Below are positions 14,691 to 30,600 of a stretch of 64,000 bases of DNA, one piece after another (positions within the stretch are counted from its first letter, which is position 1; each line of letters begins with the position of its first letter). The DNA is from the human T2T-CHM13v2.0 reference genome, Homo sapiens, in NCBI RefSeq assembly GCF_009914755.1, contig NC_060946.1. One strand, given 5' to 3'. The notes below the pieces were generated by a model. It ran no database searches and was not told where the DNA came from. It saw nothing but the letters and a program-made list of their open reading frames with translations. A program made the translations under genes and the position numbers.

Positions 14691-15650
14691 CAGCCTTGGA
14701 GGCTGCAGGGGCACGGGTGGGTCGGCGACGGTGGCGTGGAAGCACAGAGGAGGCGAGCCGCTGGAGGGGTGTCAGGACTGGACGCTGTGCGGGCCCGGTG
14801 TTTCACAGGATGGGGGTCTCTACCCAGCCCAGGGGAGGACGCATTTTCCTGGGGTGGGGGGTGGGGGTGGGGAGGGGTTGGTCAGGCGGGGGTGGGGTGG
14901 TGGAACGGCATGAGAGCTCTGCCCGGGCTGCTCCCTTAGCCCAGGTGGCTGCCCGCAAACCTGCGCATGCGCAGTGGGCGGCCCACCTGCTCTTACCTGG
15001 GCCAGCTCTGGGATTCCCAGGATGCCCAGGAAAGAATGGCAGTTCTGCGCTGTGTGGAGTCTCTCACCGGGCCTAGACCTAGAAGGCAGGAATCCCATGC
15101 CAGTCAACCCGGTGGGGGGGGTGGGGGGAAGACATGCCCCTACATAGCCAGCCAGGTTTTGCCCCACGAAAGAGAGGCCACCGCCCTGCCCCGACCCGAC
15201 CCTGTCCAAACCTCGCGTCCTAAAGCTCCTGCAGCAGAGCCCGGTATTCTTCCTCGCTGAGGGGTGCTTCCAGCGAGGCGACCCCTCCAAGGCCTCCAGC
15301 TCCCCCGGGGCCTCCGTTTCTAGGAAAGGTTGCGCCTGCTGCAGAAACTCCGGGTTCGCCAAAAGCTCATCCAGCAGCAGGCCGGAGGGGAGTGCAGACG
15401 AGCTCCCCAGCTCCTGGAGCGCCTGGGAGGGCGCCGGGATGCATAGCATCTGCCCCTGCCGAGAGGAGGCCTCCAGGGGCACAGGCTGGCGAGGTGGAGC
15501 TGCCCCGGCTTGGGGTTCCCACGCTGCCCCGGCGACCTGGGGACCCCGGCCCCAGCCCAACCACGGACTCCCCTGGGATGCGGGTGATGCAAGCACACCT
15601 TGGCCCTGTGTCCCCGCTTGAGTGGGCCCAGGCTGTCACAAAGTGCAAGG
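14691..15650 (-). repeat. Internal fragment of a D4Z4-like unit (DUX4 C-terminal region, exon 2 homolog, LSau part), inverted
   Basis: Collinear with about 7640-8600 of unit 1, and truncated at both ends. Confidence 0.92.
15220..15650 (-). pseudogene. DUX4L: DUX4-like C-terminal fragment
   Basis: Translation gives PASQGSPW...[34 protein letters not shown], then a frameshift. No homeoboxes or promoter are present. Confidence 0.85.
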
Positions 15651-16088
15651 CCTCTTCTCTCCGGGATCTCGCTCTGCTCTCCTACATGGAAATGAACGAG
15701 AGCCACACGCTTGCGTGTGTGAGACTGTCCCTTCAACGGAGACACCCACAGGCACTGCCTCCTTCATGGAGAGAGGGCCTGTAACACTCCAGACTCCCAC
15801 GGAGGTTGATTTCCACACTCCCCTCCACCCTCCCAGGCCGGTTTCTCCCTGCTGAAGATGCGTGGGAGCCCAGAGAGTGGCTTCCAGTTTCCGTGGGATT
15901 CCTGGAGAGGTCCAGAGAGCCAGCCCCCGAAACATGCCCCCCCCACCCCTTACCCCTCGCCCCGTTCCTCTTCATCTCTCTGGCCCCACCACCGCCATCA
16001 CCACGCCCTCACCCCCCACCCCACCACCCCTCGGCTGCAGGCCTCGAAGCCCTGGTACCCTTCTGGGGTTGGGCGGGCTGTCCCAGGG

Positions 16089-16140
16089 CTCACCACCATT
16101 CATGAAGGGGTGGAGCCTGCCTGCCTGCGGGCCTTTATAA
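16089..16140 (+). promoter_or_regulatory. DUX promoter homolog (DBE, GGGGTGG box, TATAA)
   Basis: CTCACCACCATTCATGAAGGGGTGGAGCC...CTTTATAA. Confidence 0.75.
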
Positions 16141-16150
16141 GAGCCACTGA

Positions 16151-17545
<1,395 letters not shown>

Positions 17546-18247
17546 GACGCGGGGCTGGGACGGGGTCAGGTCGGCGCAGGGCGGTGGCCTCTCTTTTGCG
17601 GGGCACACATGGCTGGCTATGGAGGGGCATGTCTTCCCCCAGCCCCCTCCACCGGGCTGATAGTCCTGGGATACCTGCCTTCTAGGTCTAGGCCCTGTGA
17701 GAGGCTCCACACAGCGGAGAACTGCCATTCATTCCTGGGCATCCCGGGGATTCCAGAGCCGGTCCAGGTACCAGCAGGTGGGCCGCCTACTGCACATGCG
17801 CGGGATGGAGGGCAGCAGCCTGGGCTGTGGAGCAGCCCGGGCAGAACTCTCATGACTTTCCACCACCCCACCCCCGACTGAACACTCCCACCCCACCCCC
17901 ACACACCACTGCTGGAAAATGTGTCCTCCCCTGGGCAGGGTGGAGACCCCCTTGTCGCGAAACATCGGGCCCACGCAACGTCCAGGCCTGACACCCCTCT
18001 GGCGGCTCCCCTCCTCTGCGCCTCCGTGCCAGAGTGGCCGACCCGCCCGGGCCCCTGCAGCCGCCCAGCTGGAACCATGGAGTGCCTGGTGGCGGAACGC
18101 ATACCTCTAGCTCTCTTTGCCGGATTCCTGGCTAGACCTGCGCTCATTGCGCACCACGGCTGATGTGTAAGGGAGCCCGCTGGCCCCTCTGTGCCCTTGT
18201 CCATCCGGGGAATTCCAGCTGAGGCTCTCCCAACACCTTCCGACACT

Positions 18248-21200
18248 CTTTAGTCAAAGCCTGGAGAATAGTTATATCTCCAGGATGATCGGTTCAGAAA
18301 TATGTCACAATGCCCCCTAACTGCAGAGCTTAGAGAAGATTTGAATCATTTGGGTGATCAGTGCAGAGATATATCACAATGTCCCCTGTACAAACAGCCT
18401 GGAAATGATTTACATCACCTCGGTGATCAGTGCAGATGTATGTCAGAAATCCCCAGTAGGCTGAACCTAGACAAGGGTTACGTCACTTAGGTGATCAGTG
18501 TAGGGATATGTGAAAATTCCAGTGTAGACAGAGCCTAGACAAGTGCTACATCACCTAGTGATCAGCGCAGGGATAAGTCGTAAAGCCTCCTGTAGGCAGA
18601 GTGTAGACAAGTGTTTCCTCCCTGGGGTGATCAGTGCAGAGGTATGTCACAAAGCCGCTGTAAGCAGAACCTTGACAAGTGTTACATCACCTGTTTGATC
18701 ACTGGAAATGTATATCACAAAGCCCCCTGCAGGCAAAGCCCAGACAATTGTTACATCAACTGGGTGAGCAGTGGAGAGATCTGTCACAATGCTCTTGTAG
18801 GTAGAGAGTGGACAAGAGTTACATAACCTAGGTGATCTGTGCAGAGCTATGTCAAAATGCCGCTGTAGGCAGAGCCTATATAAATGTTACATCACCTGGG
18901 TGATCAGTGCAGAGATACGTCAAAATACCCCCTGTAGGTGGAGCCTAGACAAGAGTTACATCACCTGGGTGATCATTGCAGGGATGTATCACAAAGCACC
19001 CTGTATACAGACCCTAGAAAATATTTACGCCACCTGGGTGATCAGTGCAGAGACATGTCACAATGTCATTGTAGGCAGAGCCTAGGCAAGAGTTACATCA
19101 CCTTTGTCATCAGTTCAGGGATATGTGAAAACGCCGCTGTAGGCAGATCCTAGACATGTGTTGAATCACCTGGGTGATCAGTGCAGAGATATTTCACAAT
19201 GCCCCCTTTGGGCAGACGGTAGACAAGAGTTACATCACATAGGTGATCAGTGCAGAGATTTGTCAAAATTCCCTGTAGGCAGTGCTTATAAAAGTGTTAC
19301 ATCACCTAAGTGACCAGTGCAGAGATATGTCGCAAAGCTCCAGTAGGCAGAACTTAGATGAGTTACATCACCTGGGTGATCAGGGCAAAGGTATGTCACA
19401 AAGCCCCCTGTAGGCAAAGACTAAACAATAGTTACATCACTTGGGTGATCAGTGGCGATATCTCTCACAATTCCCCTGTAGGCAGGGCTTATACCACAGT
19501 TACATCACCTGGGTGATCAGTGCAGAGATATGTCAAAATGTCTCCTTAGGCAGATCCAAGACAAGAGTCTGTCACCTGGGTGATCAGCGCACAAATATTT
19601 CACAATGCCCCCTTAAGCAGAGCCTAGACAAAAGCCCCCAAACCGGGATGATCAGTGCAGAGTTATGTCACAAAATCCCTTTAGTCAGATCCCAGACAAG
19701 AGTTACATCACTTGGATGATCAGTGCAGTGATATGTCACAATGCCACTGCAGGCAGATCCTAGACAAGAGTTACATGACCTAGGTGATCAGTGTAGAGAT
19801 ACATCGCAATGCTCCTGTAGGCAGAGCCTTGACAAGGGGTATATCACCTGGGTGATCATTGCAGGGATATCTCACAAAACACCCTGTATTCAGATAGTAG
19901 AGAAGACTTATATCACCTGGGTGATCAGTGCAGAGATATGTCACAAGCCCCCTGTAGGCAGAGCCTAGACAAGAGTTATATCACCTGGGTGATCAGTGCA
20001 GTGATATGTCACAATGCCATGTAGCCAGAGCCTAGACTATATTTACAGCACCTGGGAGATCAGTGCAGAGATAAGTCACAATGTCCCCAGTAGGCAGAGA
20101 CCAGGCAAGGGTTGGATCACCTCGGGATCAGGGCAGAGATATGTCTGAATTCCCCTGTGGGCACAGCCTAGACAGGAGTTACATCATCTCGGTTAACAGT
20201 GTAGAGATATGTCAAAATGCCTCTTTAGGCAGAGCTTAGAGCAGAGTTTCATCACCTGGGTGATCAGTGCAGAGATATGTCACAATGCCCCCATAGGCAA
20301 ATCCAAGACAAGAGTCCATCCCCTGTGTGATCAGTGCAGACGTGTGTGACAATGCCCCCAGTAAGCAGAGCCTTGAGAAGGATCCCATCACCTGGGTGAT
20401 CAGTGCAGAGATATTTCACAATGCCTTTGCTGGCAGAGCGTAAGCAAGAGTTACATCACCTAGATGATCAGCGCAGAGATGTCACAAGCCCCCCTATACG
20501 CAGAGCCTGGACAGGAGTTACATCACCTCGCTGATCAATGCAGTGATATGTCACTATACCCCGTAGGCAGAGCCTAGTCAAGCTTTACATCATCTGGGTG
20601 ATCAGTGCAGAGATATGTCACTAAGCCCCTGTACACAGAGCCTAGAAACGTGTCCCAACACCTGGGTGATCAGTGCAGAAATATGTCACAATGCTCCCAT
20701 AGCCAGATACAACACAAGACTTACATCACCTGGGTGATCAGTGTAGAGATATGTCACAATGCCCCCATAGGCAGAGCCTAGACAAGAGTCCGTCACCTGG
20801 GTGATCAGTGCAGTTATATGTCACAATGCACCCTGTTGTCAGATCCTAGAAAAGAGTTACCTCACCTAGGTCATTAGTGCAGAGAATTGTCAAAATTCCC
20901 TGTAGGCAGTGCTTATAAAAGTGTTACATCAACTAAGAGATCAGTTCAGAGATATGTCACAAAGCTCCTGCAGGCAGAACTTAGATGACTTACATCACCT
21001 GGGTGATCAGTGCAAAGCTATGTCACAAAGCCCCCTGTAGGCAAAGCCTAGACAATAGTTACATCACTTGGGTGATCCATGCCAAGATCTCTCACAATTC
21101 CCCTGTAGGCAGAGCTTATACAACAGTTCCATTACATGGGTGATCAGTGCAGAGATATGTCCCAATGCCCCCATAGGCAGATCCAAGACAAGAGTCCATC

Positions 21201-24200
21201 ACCTGGGTGATCAATACAGTTATATGTCACAATGCACCCTTAGGCAGAGCCTGGACAAAAGCCCCAACACCTGGATGATCAGTGCAGAGTTATGTCACAA
21301 AGTCCCTTTAGGCAGATACTAGAGAAGTGTTACATCTCTTGGATGATCAGTGCAGAGATATGTCACAATGCCACTGTAGGCAGAGCCTAGACAAGAGTTA
21401 CATGACCTAGGTGATCCTTGCAGAGATACAGCGCAAAGTCCCTGTAGGCAGACCCTTGACAAGTGGTATATCACCTGAGTGATCATTGCAGGGATATGTC
21501 ACAAAGCACCCTGTAGGCAGATACTAGAAATAGTTACATCACCTGGATGATCAGTGCAGAGATATGTCACAATGCCTCTGTTGGCAGAGCCTTGACAAGA
21601 GTCCCATCACCTGCGTGATAAGTGCAGAGATATGTAACAATGCCCCTGTAGGCAGTGCCTAGAAAAGAGTTGCATGACCATAGAGATCAGTGCATAGACA
21701 AGTCACAAACCCTTCTATAGGCAAAGCCCATACACGGCTTATATCACCTAGGTGATCAGTGCAGTGATATGTCACAAAAATCCCTGTAGACAGAGCCTAG
21801 AAAAGAGTTACATCACCTGGGTGATCAGTGCAGATATTTGACACAATGCCCCCATAGACAGAGCCTAAACAAGACTTCCATCACCAGGGTGATCAGTGCA
21901 GAGATATGTCACAAATCGCCATCTAGGCAGAGAATAGAGAAGAGTCCCATCACTTGGGTGATCAGTGCAGAGATATTTCACAATGCCCCCTGTAGGCAGA
22001 GAGTTGACAAGAGTTACATAACCTAGGTGATCTGTGCAGAGCTATGTCAAAACGCCCCTATAGGCAGAGCCTAGATAAATGTTACATCACCTGGGTGATC
22101 AGTGCAGAGATACATCACAATACACCCTGTAGGTGGAGCCTACACAAGAGTTACACCAACTGGGTGATCAGTGCAGAGATACGTCACAATACCCCCTGTA
22201 GTTAAAGCCTAGAAAAGAGTTATATCACCTGGGTGATCATTACAGAAATATGTCCCAAAACCCCTGTAGGCTGGGCCTAGAAAAGAGTTACATCTCCTGG
22301 GTGATCAGTGCAAAGATATGTCACACAGCCCCCTGTAGACAAATCCAAGAAAATTGTTACATCACCTAGGTGATCAGTGGAGATATCTGTCGCAATTCCC
22401 CTTTTCGCCCAGCTTAGACAAGCGTTACATCACATGAGTGATCAGTGCAGAGATATGTCACTATGTCCCCATAGGCAGACCCAAGACAACAGTCCATCAC
22501 CTGGGTGATCAGTGCAGAAATATGCCACAATGCCGCCAGTAGGCAGATATAGACAAGAGTTACATCACCTGCGTGATCAATGCAGAGATGTGTCACAATG
22601 CCCCTGTAGGCAGAGCCTGGACAAGAGTCACATCACCTGGGTGATCAGTGCAGAGTTATGTCACAATGTCCCCTTTTGGCAGAGCCTAGACAAGGATTAT
22701 ATCACCTGGGTGATCAGTGCAGATATGTTTCACAAGCCCCCTGTAGCCAGAGCCTAGACAAGAGTTACATCAGCTGTGTGATCAGCACAGTGACATGTGA
22801 CAATGTCCCTGTAGCCACATCATTGACAAAATTGACATCACCTGGGTGATCACTGCGGAGATATGTCACAATGTCTCCAGTAGGCAGAGATTAGACAAGA
22901 GTTACATAACCTGGGTGATCAGGGCAGAGATAATTCACAATGCCCCCTGCAAGCAGATCCCAGACAAGAGTTGCATTACCTCTGTGATCAGTGCAGAGAT
23001 ATGTCCCAAAGCCCCCTGACGGTGAAGCCTATACAAGAGTTACATCATCTCGGTGATCAGTGCAGTGATATGTTAAAATGCCCCTGTAGGCAGAGCCTAG
23101 ACAAGAGTTACATCACCTGGGTGATCAGTGCAGAGATATCTCACAGTACCCCCGGCAAACAGAGCCTAGACAAGAGTTACATCACCTGGGTGATCAGTGC
23201 AGAGATATGTCATAAATCCCAATCTAGGCAAAGCCTAGAAATATTTCACATCACCTCAGCGATCAGTGCAGAGATAAGTCCTAATGTCCCTCTAGGCAGA
23301 GCTTAGACAAGAGTCACATCTCCTGGGTGATCAGTACAGAGATAAATCACAATGCCCCCATAGGCAGAGCCTAGACAAGTGTTACATAACCGGGGTGATC
23401 CGTGCAGAGTGATGTCACAAGGCCCTCTGTAGGCAGAGAATAGAAAAGAGTTACATCACACACGTGATCAGTGCAGAGATATGTGACAATGCCCCCTGTA
23501 GGCAGAGTATAGAGAAGAGTTGCATCACCTGGGTGATCAGTGCAGAGATATGTCACAATGTCCCCTGTAGGCAAAGCCTAAGCAAGAGTTCCATCACCTT
23601 TGTCATCACTTCAGTGATACGTGAAAACGCCCCTGTAGGCAGAGCCTAGACAAGAGTTACATCGCCTAGTTGAACAGTGCAGAGATATTTCACAATAGCC
23701 CCTGTAGGCAGATCCTACACAAGAGTTGAATCACCAAGATGATCAGTGCAGAGATTTGTCAAAATTCCCTGTAGGTAGTGCTTATAAAAGCATTACATCA
23801 CCTAAGTGATCAGTGCAGAGATATTTCACAAAGCTCCTGTAGGCAGAACTTAGATGAGTTACTTCACCTGGGTGATCAGTGCAAAGGTATGTCACAAAGG
23901 CCCCTGTAGGCAAAGCCTAGACAATAGTTACATCACTTGGGTGAGCAGTGGTGCGATCTTCCACGATTCCCCTGTAGAGAGAGCTTATACAACAGTTACA
24001 TCACCTGGGTGATCAGTGCAGAGATATGTCACAATGCCCCCATAGGCAGATCCAAGACAAGAGTCCGTCAACTGGCTGATCAGTGCAGAAGTATGTCACA
24101 ATGCCCCCTTAGGCACAGCCTAGAAGAAAGCCTCATCACCTGGATGATCAGTGAAGAGTTATGTCACAAAGTCCCTTTAGGCAGATCCTAGACAAGTGTT

Positions 24201-25048
24201 ACATCACTTGGATGATCAGTGCAGAGATATGTCACAATGCCACTGTAGGCAGTGCCTAGATAAGAGTTACATGACCTAGGTGATCAGTGCAGAGATACAT
24301 CGCGATGTCCCTGCAGGCAGAGCCTTGACATGTGGTATATCACCTAGGTGATCATTGTAGGTATACGTCACAAAGCACCCTGTAGGCAGACCCTAGAAAA
24401 GAGTTACATCACCTGGGTGATCAGTGCAGACATATGTCACAATGCCACTGTAGGCAGAGCCTAGACAAGAGATACATGAACTAGGTGGTCAGTGCAGAGA
24501 TACATCCAAATGCCCCTGTAGGCATAGCCTTGACCAGTGGTATACCACCTGGGTGATCATTGCAGGGATATGTAACAAAGCACCCTGTGGGCAGATCCTA
24601 GAGAAGAGTTATATCACCTGGGTGATCAGTGCAGAGACATGTCACAAGTCCCCTGTAGGCAGGGCCTAGACAAGAGTTATATCAGCTGGGTGATCAGTGC
24701 AGTGATATGTCACTATGCCCCGTAGGCAGAGCCTAGTCAAGCGTTACATCACCTGGGTGATCAGTGCAGAGATATGTCACAGAGCCCCCATACACAGAGT
24801 CTAGACAAGAGCCCCATCACCTGGGTGATCAGTGCAGAAATATGTCACAATGCCCCCATAGGCAGATCCAACAAAGAGTTACATCACCTTGATGATCAGT
24901 GTAGAGATATGTCACAATACCCCCATAGGTGGAGCCTAGACAAAATTACCGTCACCTGGGTAATCAGTGCAGATATGTCACAAAGCCCCTGTAGGCAGAG
25001 CCTAGACAAGTGTTACATTACTTTGTTGATCAGTTCAGAGATGTGTCG
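18248..25048 (+). repeat. Beta-satellite block 4
   Basis: About 100 tandem 68-bp monomers. Confidence 0.97.
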
Positions 25049-27633
<2,585 letters not shown>

Positions 27634-30600
27634 ATTTAGTCAAAGCCTGGAGAATAGTTACATCTCCTGGATGATCAGTTCAGAAATATGTCACAATGTC
27701 CCCTCTCGGCGGAGCCTAGAGAAGATTTGCGTCATTTGGGTGATCAGTGCAGAGATATATCACAATGTCCCCTATACAAAAAGCCCGGAAATTATTTACA
27801 TCACCTCGGTGATCAGCACATAGTTATGTCAGAAATCCCCAGTAGGCTGAACGCAGAAAAGGGTTACATCACTCAGGTGATCTGTGTAGAGATATGTGAA
27901 AATTCCCCTGTAGACAGAGCCTAGACAAGTGTTACATCACCTAGTGATCAGTGCAGGGATAAGTCGTAAAGCCACCCATAGGCAGAGTGTAGACAAGTGT
28001 TTCCTCCCTGGGGTGATGAGTGCAGAGATATCTCACAAAGCCCCTGTAAGCAGAACCTTGAAAAGAGTTACATCACCTGTTTGATCAGTGGAAATGAATA
28101 TCAGAAAGCCCCCTGTAGGCAAAGCCCAGACAATTGTTACATCACCTGGGTGAGCAGTGGAGAGATCTCCAACAATTCCCCGGTAGGCAGAGCATAGAGA
28201 GGAGTTGCATCACCTGGGTGATCAGTGCAGAGATATGTCACAATGCCACCACGGGCAGATCCAAGACAAGAGTCCGTCACCTGGGTGATCAGTGCAGAAA
28301 AATGTCACAATGCAGCCTTAGGCAGAGCCTAGAAAAAAGCCCCATCACCTGGATGATCAGTGCAGAGTTATGTCACAAAGTCCCTTTAGGCAGATCCTAG
28401 ACAAGGGTTACATCACTTGGATGATCAGTGCAGAGATATGTCACAATGCCACTGAAGGCAGAGCCTAGACAAGAGTTACATGACCTAGGTGATCAGTGCA
28501 GAGATACATCGCAATGTCCCTGTAGGCAGAGCCTTGACAATTGGTACATCACCTGGGTGATCATTGCAGGGATATGTCACAAAGCACCCTGTAGGCAGAT
28601 CCTAGAAAAGAGTTACATCACCTGGGTGATCAGTGCAGAGATATGTCACAATGCCACTGAAGGCAGAGCCTAGTCAAGTGTTACATGACCTTGGTGATCA
28701 GTGCAGAGATACATCGCAATGTCCCTGTAGGCAGAGCCTTGACAAGCGGTATATCACCTGGGTGATCATTGCAGGGATATGTCACAAAGCAACCTGTAGG
28801 CAGATCCTAGAGGAGAGTTATATCACATGGGTGATCAGTGCAGAGATATGTCACAAGCATCCTGTAGGCAGAGCTTAGACAAGAGTTATATCACCTGGGT
28901 GATCAGTGCAGTGATATGGCACAATGCCATGTAGCCAGAGCCTAGTCTAAAGTTACAGCAGTTGGGAGATCAGTGCAGAGATATGTCACAATGTCCCGAG
29001 TAGACAGAGACCAGGCAAGAGTTGGATCACCTCGGGATCAGTGCAGAGATATGTCTCAATACCCCTGTGGGCACAGCCTAGACAAGAGTTACATCACGTC
29101 GGTTAACAGTGCAGAGATATGTCAAAATGCCCCTGTAGGCAGAGCCTACACAAGTGTTAAATCACTTAGGTGATCAGTGCAGAGATATGTCACAATACCC
29201 CCTGTTAGCAGAGCCTAGACAAGAGTTACATCACCTGGGTGATCAGTGCAGACATATGTGACAAGACCCCTTTAAGCAGAGCCTATACAATAGTTGCATC
29301 ACCTGAGTGATCAGTGCAGAGATCTGTCACAATTCCCCTTTAGGCAAAGCTTAGACCAGAGTTACATCACCTGGGTGATCAGTGCACAGATATTTCACAG
29401 GGCCCCCTATAAGCAGAGCCTGGGCAACAGTTACATCACCTCGGTGAGCAATGCAGTGATATGTCACTATGCCCCATAGGCAGAGCATAGTCAAGCGTTA
29501 CATCACCCGGTTGATCAATGCAGTGATATTTCACAAAGCCCCCATACACAGAGCCTAGACAAGTGTCCCATCACCTGGGTCATCAGTGCAGAACTATGTC
29601 ACAATGCCCCCATAGGCAGATCCAACAAAAGTGTTACATCACCTGGGTGATCAGTGCAGAGATATGTCACAGTGTCCCCGGTATTCAAAGCCTAGGCAAG
29701 GGTTACATCACCTTTGTCATCAGTTCAGGGATATGTGAAAACTCTCCTCTAGGCAGAGCCTAGACAAGAGTTACATCACCTAGTTGATCAGTGCAGAGAT
29801 ATTTCAGAATACCCCATGTAGGCAGATCCTGGACAAGAGTTGAATTACCTGGGTAATCATTGCAGAGATATTTCCCAATGCCCCCTTTGGGCAGAGGGTA
29901 GACAAGAGTTACATCACCTAGGTGATCAGTGCAGAGATTTGTCAAAATTCCCTGTAGGCAGTGCCTATAAAAGTGTTACATCACCTAAGTGATGAGTGCA
30001 GAGATATGTCACAAAGCTCAAGTAGGCTGAACTTAGATGAGTCACATCACCTGGGTGATCAGTGCAAAGGTATGTCACAAAGCTCCGTGTGGGCAAAGCC
30101 TAGTCAATAGATACATCACTTGGGTGATCAGTGGCGAGATCTCTCAAAATTCCCCCGTAGGCAGAGCTTATACAACAGTTACATCACATGGGTTATCAGT
30201 GCAGAGATATGTCACAATGCCCCCATAGGCAGATCCAAGACAAGAGTCCGTCACCTGGGTGATCAGTGCAGAAATATGTCACAATGCCCAATTAGGGAGA
30301 TCCTAGACAAAAGCCCAAACACTTGGATTACCAGTGAAGAGTTATGTCACAAAGTCCCTTTAGGCAGATCCTAGACAAGTGTTACATCACTAGGATGATC
30401 AGTGCAGAGATGTGTCACAATGCCACTGCAGGCAGATCCTAGACAAGAGTTACATGACCTAGGTGATCAGTGCTGAGATACATCGCAATGTCCCTGTAGG
30501 GAGAGCCTTAGCAAGTGGTACATCACCTGGGTGATAATTGCAGGGATATGTCACAAAGCATCCTGTAACCAGATCCTAGAAAAGAGTTAAAACACCTGGG

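Noticed and set aside
14845-14905. G-quadruplex-capable G-runs in the LSau part of the units
   Set aside because: This is a generic property of D4Z4/LSau, and the tracts are variable between copies.
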